This document shows positions 25,390-29,657 of a DNA stretch of 29,657 nt, one piece after another. The first letter of the stretch is position 1. The number at the start of each line of letters is the position of its first letter. Source of the DNA: Gammaproteobacteria bacterium. Its GTDB lineage: Bacteria; Pseudomonadota; Gammaproteobacteria; HK1. Position numbers and translations under genes: made by a program. The DNA lies in NCBI GenBank assembly GCA_013042035.1, contig JABDQX010000462.1:1-29657 (forward strand). The letters run 5' to 3'. The notes beneath the pieces were generated by a model. That model saw nothing but the letters and a program-made list of their open reading frames with translations, had not been told where the DNA came from and searched no databases.

Positions 25390-28300
25390 ATGTCTAAATC
25401 TACCATGGTAACGATCGACGGCAATGAAGCCGCCGCCTATATTGCTTATCTTACGAATGAAGTCATAGCGATTTACCCGATTACCCCTTCCTCGTCCATG
25501 GGAGAGTGGGCTGATGATTGGTCTACATCAGGTAAACGGAACCTTTGGGGAACAGTTCCACAGGTTATTGAGATGCAAAGCGAGGCCGGTGCGGCGGGTA
25601 CACTCCACGGCGCACTTCAGGCAGGTTCGCTGACTACATCGTTTACAGCTTCCCAGGGATTATTATTGATGATTCCGAATCTATATAAGATTGCTGGTGA
25701 GCTTACACCTACGGTGCTACACGTCTCGGCACGTACTATAGCATCCCACGGGTTATCGATTTTTGGTGATCACAGTGATGTAATGGCCTGTCGAGCTACT
25801 GGTTATGCGATGCTCTGCGCCTCTTCGGTACAGGAAGTCATGGATTTCTCGTTGATCGCTCAAGCGGCCACCTTGGAAGGACGGATACCGATCCTCCATT
25901 TCTTTGATGGTTTCCGAACCTCTCATGAGGTTAACAAGGTTTATAGGTTGGATGAGGATACAGTTCGCGCTCTTATTGATGATGCCTTTGTTATCGAGCA
26001 CCGCAACCATGCACTTTCGCCCGATCGACCGGTGATTCGCGGTACCACACAAAATTCTGATGTTTTTTTCCAGTCTCGAGAGGCTTCGAATCATTTTTAC
26101 CAGCGTATGCCGGGCATTGTTCAGGAGAAAATGGATCGATTTTCCTCATTGACCGGGCGTAGTTACCGTCTGTTCGAGTATGCAGGACACCCGGAGGCTG
26201 AACGGGTAATTATCTTGATGGGTTCCGGCATTGGGGCCGCAGAGGAGGCCGTACAACACTTAGTGGATCGGAATGAGAGAGTTGGTCTCGTTAAGGTTCG
26301 GCTGTATCGCCCCTTCGATGCGAAAAGTCTATTGGCCTCGGTGCCGAAGAGTGTGAAAAAAATTGGGGTTCTCGATCGGACGAAAGAGCCGGGTGCTGAC
26401 GGAGAACCTTTGTATAAAGATGTCTTAGGCGCTTTTGCTACGGCGTACAGCACAGGTATCCGGTCATACTTACCTCGTATCGTGGGAGGACGTTATGGCA
26501 TTGCCTCCAAGGAATTCACACCGGGTATGGTGTTGGGTATTCTTCAAGAACTTGCTAAGGAAGATCCAAAGAATTCTTTTACTATCGGCATTATTGATGA
26601 TGTTACACAAAGTAGCCTTGATTGGGATCCCGCTTTTCGAACCGATGCTGTCGAAGGTGTGACTAATTGCGTGTTTTTTGGTCTCGGTTCTGATGGCACG
26701 GTCAGTGCCAATAAGAATTCTATCAAGATCATTGATGAAAAAACGAACAACTTTGCTCAGGGTTACTTTGAATACGATTCCAAAAAGGCCGGTGCTGTTA
26801 CCATATCTCATCTTCGTTTTGGCCCTCGACCTATCAACTCCACTTACCTAATTGGGCGGCAAGAGGCCAATTTTGTCGCTTGTCATCAGCCGGTATTTCT
26901 CGCGCGTTATGATATGTTGGATATGGCAGCGGAAGGTGGTGTGTTTTTGCTGAATTCCTCTGGTTCACCGGAAACGATTTGGGAGAATCTGCCACGTGAT
27001 ATGCAGCAACAACTCATCGCTAAGCACCTTGATTTCTATGTCATCGACGCTTATGGAATTGCTGCGAAAACTGGTATGGGTCGACGCATCAATACCATTA
27101 TGCAGCTTTGCTTTTTTGCGATTTCCGGCATTCTCGATCGTCAGCAGGCCCTGGAAAAAATCAAGACAGCGGTGACCAAAACCTACGGACGCAAAAGTCA
27201 GCGCCTGCTTGAGAGAAATTTTGCAGCACTTGATTCAACGTTAGAGGGTCTGCATAAGGTCGAGGTGCCGGACAAAGTGACCAGTACTGTTGAGGTGCCG
27301 CCACCGGTTTCTTTGAATGCACCTTTGTTTGTACGTGAGGTAACCGGTGCCATCATAGCCGGTCGAGGTAATGCACTTCCTGTTAGTCAATTGCCAATAG
27401 ACGGCACTTGGCCAGTGGGGACTGCTATGTGGGAAAAGCGCAATCTTGCCTTGGCGCTGCCGAAGTGGGAGCCGGATCTTTGTACCCATTGTGGTAAATG
27501 TCCATTAGTTTGTCCACACGCCGCGATTCGCAGTAAACTGTTTCAAGTCGAGTTGACGGAAAATGCACCTGGACACTTTCAGCACACGCAAATAAAGGGG
27601 AAGGACTTCGAACCTGGTTGGCATATCAGCTATCAAGTGTCCCCTGATGATTGCACCGGTTGTGGGCTCTGTGTAGAGGTTTGTCCGATTCGCGATAAGA
27701 AAAATCCCGGACGCAAAGCGCTCAATATGACGGACGACTTGTCTTACCATGATGAAGAATGCGCCAATTGGGATTTTTTTGCGGATCTTCCAGAATACGA
27801 TCGTACAAAGCTTAAAGAAGGCACGATCAAGGGTGCCATGCTTTTGCAACCATTGTTCGAATTCTCTGGTGCCTGCGTTGGTTGTGGAGAGACGCCCTAT
27901 GTAAAGCTTGCCACCCAACTTTTTGGGGATCGTATGATTATTGCCAATGCCACCGGCTGTTCGTCCATCTTTGGCGGTAATTTACCAACGACTCCTTTTA
28001 CCACCAATCCGGATGGACGAGGACCCGCATGGGCTAACTCCCTTTTTGAGGATAATGCCGAATTCGGTCTTGGTATCCGCGTTGCTATCGATAAACAAAC
28101 AGAATATGCACGAGAGCTGATCACGGAATTACGCAGTGATGTCGGAGAAGAACTTGCCAATGGGATCACGATGGCTCGGCAGCAGGGCGAACCGGAAATC
28201 TTCGAGCAACGCCATCGGGTAGTTATGCTCAAACAGCGCCTTGAAGAGATACTTGGAAAGAGCGATAACCCCAAGGCGCGAATCCTTGCTTCCATTGCCG

Positions 28301-29004
28301 ATAATCTTGTCAAGAAAAGCGTGTGGTTGATAGGTGGTGATGGGTGGGCCTATGACATTGGTTTTGGTGGTTTGGACCACGTATTGGCGTCGGGCCGCAA
28401 CGTCAATATTCTAATTTTGGATACCGAAGTCTACTCCAATACCGGGGGTCAGACCTCCAAGGCCACGCCCATCGGCGCTGTCGCCAAGTTTGCGGCAAGT
28501 GGCAAGCCGATGAAGAAAAAGGACCTCAGTCTGATGGCCATGGCATACGGCAATGTTTATGTGGCTCAGGTTGCGTTTGGCGCCAAGGACGTGCAAACCC
28601 TTCGCACATTTCTGGAAGCTGAATCCTATGATGGTCCATCTCTGATAATTGCCTATTGCCCCTGTATTGCTCACGGTGTCGACATGTCCAACAATCTGCG
28701 CCAGCAGGATCTTGCTGTAAACAGTGGCCATTGGCCGTTGTTTCGCTATGATCCGCGCCGTGCCGAAAAAGGCGAAAATCCACTGCACATGGATTCCCGT
28801 GAACCTGCTGTTCCCTATCGTGATTTTGCCGCCACCGAGACACGCTTTAATATGCTGTCACACACGCACCCCGATGATGCTGAACGTTACTTGCGTGAGG
28901 CGCAGCGCAACATTTCGTTACGGTATCGCCGGTATACGCAACTTGCCAGATTTGCTGTGGACGATGAGGCGGATGAGGGGATGAGAGGTGCCTTGGATAA
29001 TTAG
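25390..29004 (+). CDS. nifJ: Pyruvate:ferredoxin (flavodoxin) oxidoreductase, NifJ-type single chain
   Basis: YPITP, SEAGAAG, GSDGTV, CTHCGKC/CTGCGLC ferredoxin motifs, ACVGCGE, TPP motif GGDGWAYDIG...DTEVYSNTGGQ and CPCIAHG. Confidence 0.97.
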   Translation: MSKSTMVTIDGNEAAAYIAYLTNEVIAIYPITPSSSMGEWADDWSTSGKRNLWGTVPQVIEMQSEAGAAGTLHGALQAGSLTTSFTASQGLLLMIPNLYKIAGELTPTVLHVSARTIASHGLSIFGDHSDVMACRATGYAMLCASSVQEVMDFSLIAQAATLEGRIPILHFFDGFRTSHEVNKVYRLDEDTVRALIDDAFVIEHRNHALSPDRPVIRGTTQNSDVFFQSREASNHFYQRMPGIVQEKMDRFSSLTGRSYRLFEYAGHPEAERVIILMGSGIGAAEEAVQHLVDRNERVGLVKVRLYRPFDAKSLLASVPKSVKKIGVLDRTKEPGADGEPLYKDVLGAFATAYSTGIRSYLPRIVGGRYGIASKEFTPGMVLGILQELAKEDPKNSFTIGIIDDVTQSSLDWDPAFRTDAVEGVTNCVFFGLGSDGTVSANKNSIKIIDEKTNNFAQGYFEYDSKKAGAVTISHLRFGPRPINSTYLIGRQEANFVACHQPVFLARYDMLDMAAEGGVFLLNSSGSPETIWENLPRDMQQQLIAKHLDFYVIDAYGIAAKTGMGRRINTIMQLCFFAISGILDRQQALEKIKTAVTKTYGRKSQRLLERNFAALDSTLEGLHKVEVPDKVTSTVEVPPPVSLNAPLFVREVTGAIIAGRGNALPVSQLPIDGTWPVGTAMWEKRNLALALPKWEPDLCTHCGKCPLVCPHAAIRSKLFQVELTENAPGHFQHTQIKGKDFEPGWHISYQVSPDDCTGCGLCVEVCPIRDKKNPGRKALNMTDDLSYHDEECANWDFFADLPEYDRTKLKEGTIKGAMLLQPLFEFSGACVGCGETPYVKLATQLFGDRMIIANATGCSSIFGGNLPTTPFTTNPDGRGPAWANSLFEDNAEFGLGIRVAIDKQTEYARELITELRSDVGEELANGITMARQQGEPEIFEQRHRVVMLKQRLEEILGKSDNPKARILASIADNLVKKSVWLIGGDGWAYDIGFGGLDHVLASGRNVNILILDTEVYSNTGGQTSKATPIGAVAKFAASGKPMKKKDLSLMAMAYGNVYVAQVAFGAKDVQTLRTFLEAESYDGPSLIIAYCPCIAHGVDMSNNLRQQDLAVNSGHWPLFRYDPRRAEKGENPLHMDSREPAVPYRDFAATETRFNMLSHTHPDDAERYLREAQRNISLRYRRYTQLARFAVDDEADEGMRGALDN

Positions 29005-29195
29005 CCAGCTATCCTGATTAGGTTGGCAGAAAGTAAGATACCCGAACCAGAGGACTAATCTGGCTATTGGTTGCACGGGTGAAAAATCAAGGAAAGGGAG
29101 CGCCGTTCACCCTATTCATGAAAAGGTCTTTGATTGGATAAGTTTTTTGTTTTAACAAAACGGCTTCTTATAATAATAACAAGGGGGAGTACCTT

Positions 29196-29657
29196 ATGAT
29201 TCAATGGCCAAAAATCAACGATGCAATCGGAACGACTAACCGAGGTAATGTCTGTGAATCCGGGCTTTGCTCACTGTGCGAATCGGAATGTAAAGGTAAG
29301 TGTGAAACTTGGCTTTCGTGCATGGCTGGCAGAAAATTGCTTTATCCCAAGGATTTCGGGAAAACCACTTCCGGTAGCGGTAACACTACGCATGTGGGAG
29401 TGAATTACAATGCGCTCCGGATCAATGGATTTTGTTACGGCTCCAAAGGAATGCCTCAAGGTCTTTCCCGTAGCGAGGACGATTGTGTTTTCCCCAATGT
29501 GAGTATTGAAACTTCTTTTGGGAGAAAAATAAGAACCAAGGCGCGTGTGCCGCTCATGACGGGCGCATTGGGTTCCACCTTCATCGCGGCGAAATATTGG
29601 GAGTCGTTTGCGGTGGGCGCCGCGCTTGTGGGTTACCCCATTGTGGTGGGGGAGAAC
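29196..29657 (+). CDS. FMN-binding glutamate synthase family protein (stand-alone GltB FMN domain), partial
   Basis: Translated by hand: RBS GGGGAG, ATG 29196, 154 open codons to the edge. MIQWPKINDAIGTTNRGNVCESGLCSLCESECKGKCE...LLYPKDFG...FPNVS...PLMTGALGST...YWESFAVGAAL.G.PIVVGEN. Confidence 0.85.
   Translation, partial: MIQWPKINDAIGTTNRGNVCESGLCSLCESECKGKCETWLSCMAGRKLLYPKDFGKTTSGSGNTTHVGVNYNALRINGFCYGSKGMPQGLSRSEDDCVFPNVSIETSFGRKIRTKARVPLMTGALGSTFIAAKYWESFAVGAALVGYPIVVGEN

Noticed and set aside
29005-29195. FNR box upstream of the glutamate-synthase-like gene
   Set aside because: Only half-sites (TTGAT, ATCAA) are present, with no correctly spaced partner.
29221-29459. Track ORFs 29221..29403 (+) and 29271..29459 (-)
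   Set aside because: Out-of-frame or antisense to the real partial gene starting at 29196.
1-29657. Assigning a specific genus or symbiont lineage
   Set aside because: Gene content and the reshuffled synteny are suggestive, but nothing here is diagnostic without a database comparison.

Overview
A 29.7-kb window from a sulfur-oxidising gammaproteobacterium (reverse-Dsr type, probably Chromatiales/Thiotrichales-like; the taxon cannot be fixed from this window). Left to right: a partial signal-peptide gene sitting where nuoG is expected; nuoFEDCBA (minus strand) with unusually long spacers; a 653-aa single-pass membrane protein with five ~48-aa repeats; a CDP-alcohol phosphatidyltransferase; rpmB-rpmG; yfgM-hisS; a leftward three-gene unit (cysteine-free DsrC paralog, orphan Cas6/Cmx6-like RAMP protein, 69-aa protein); the rightward dsrABEFHCMKLJOP operon; an uncharacterised 4-TM protein in place of dsrNRS; a NifJ-type pyruvate:ferredoxin oxidoreductase; and the start of a stand-alone FMN-binding glutamate-synthase-family gene. 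No CRISPR array, other cas gene, tRNA, rRNA or transposase is visible. The most interesting signal is the orphan Cas6-like gene, transcribed divergently from dsrAB with a Cys-less, basic-tailed DsrC paralog. It sits behind a promoter with exact class II FNR geometry, and the dsr intergenic spacers carry recurrent RNA hairpins, including an identical 9-bp duplex after both dsrA and dsrC. Together these suggest a possible CRISPR-derived RNA-processing or regulatory module for sulfur oxidation. That function is inference and is untested.
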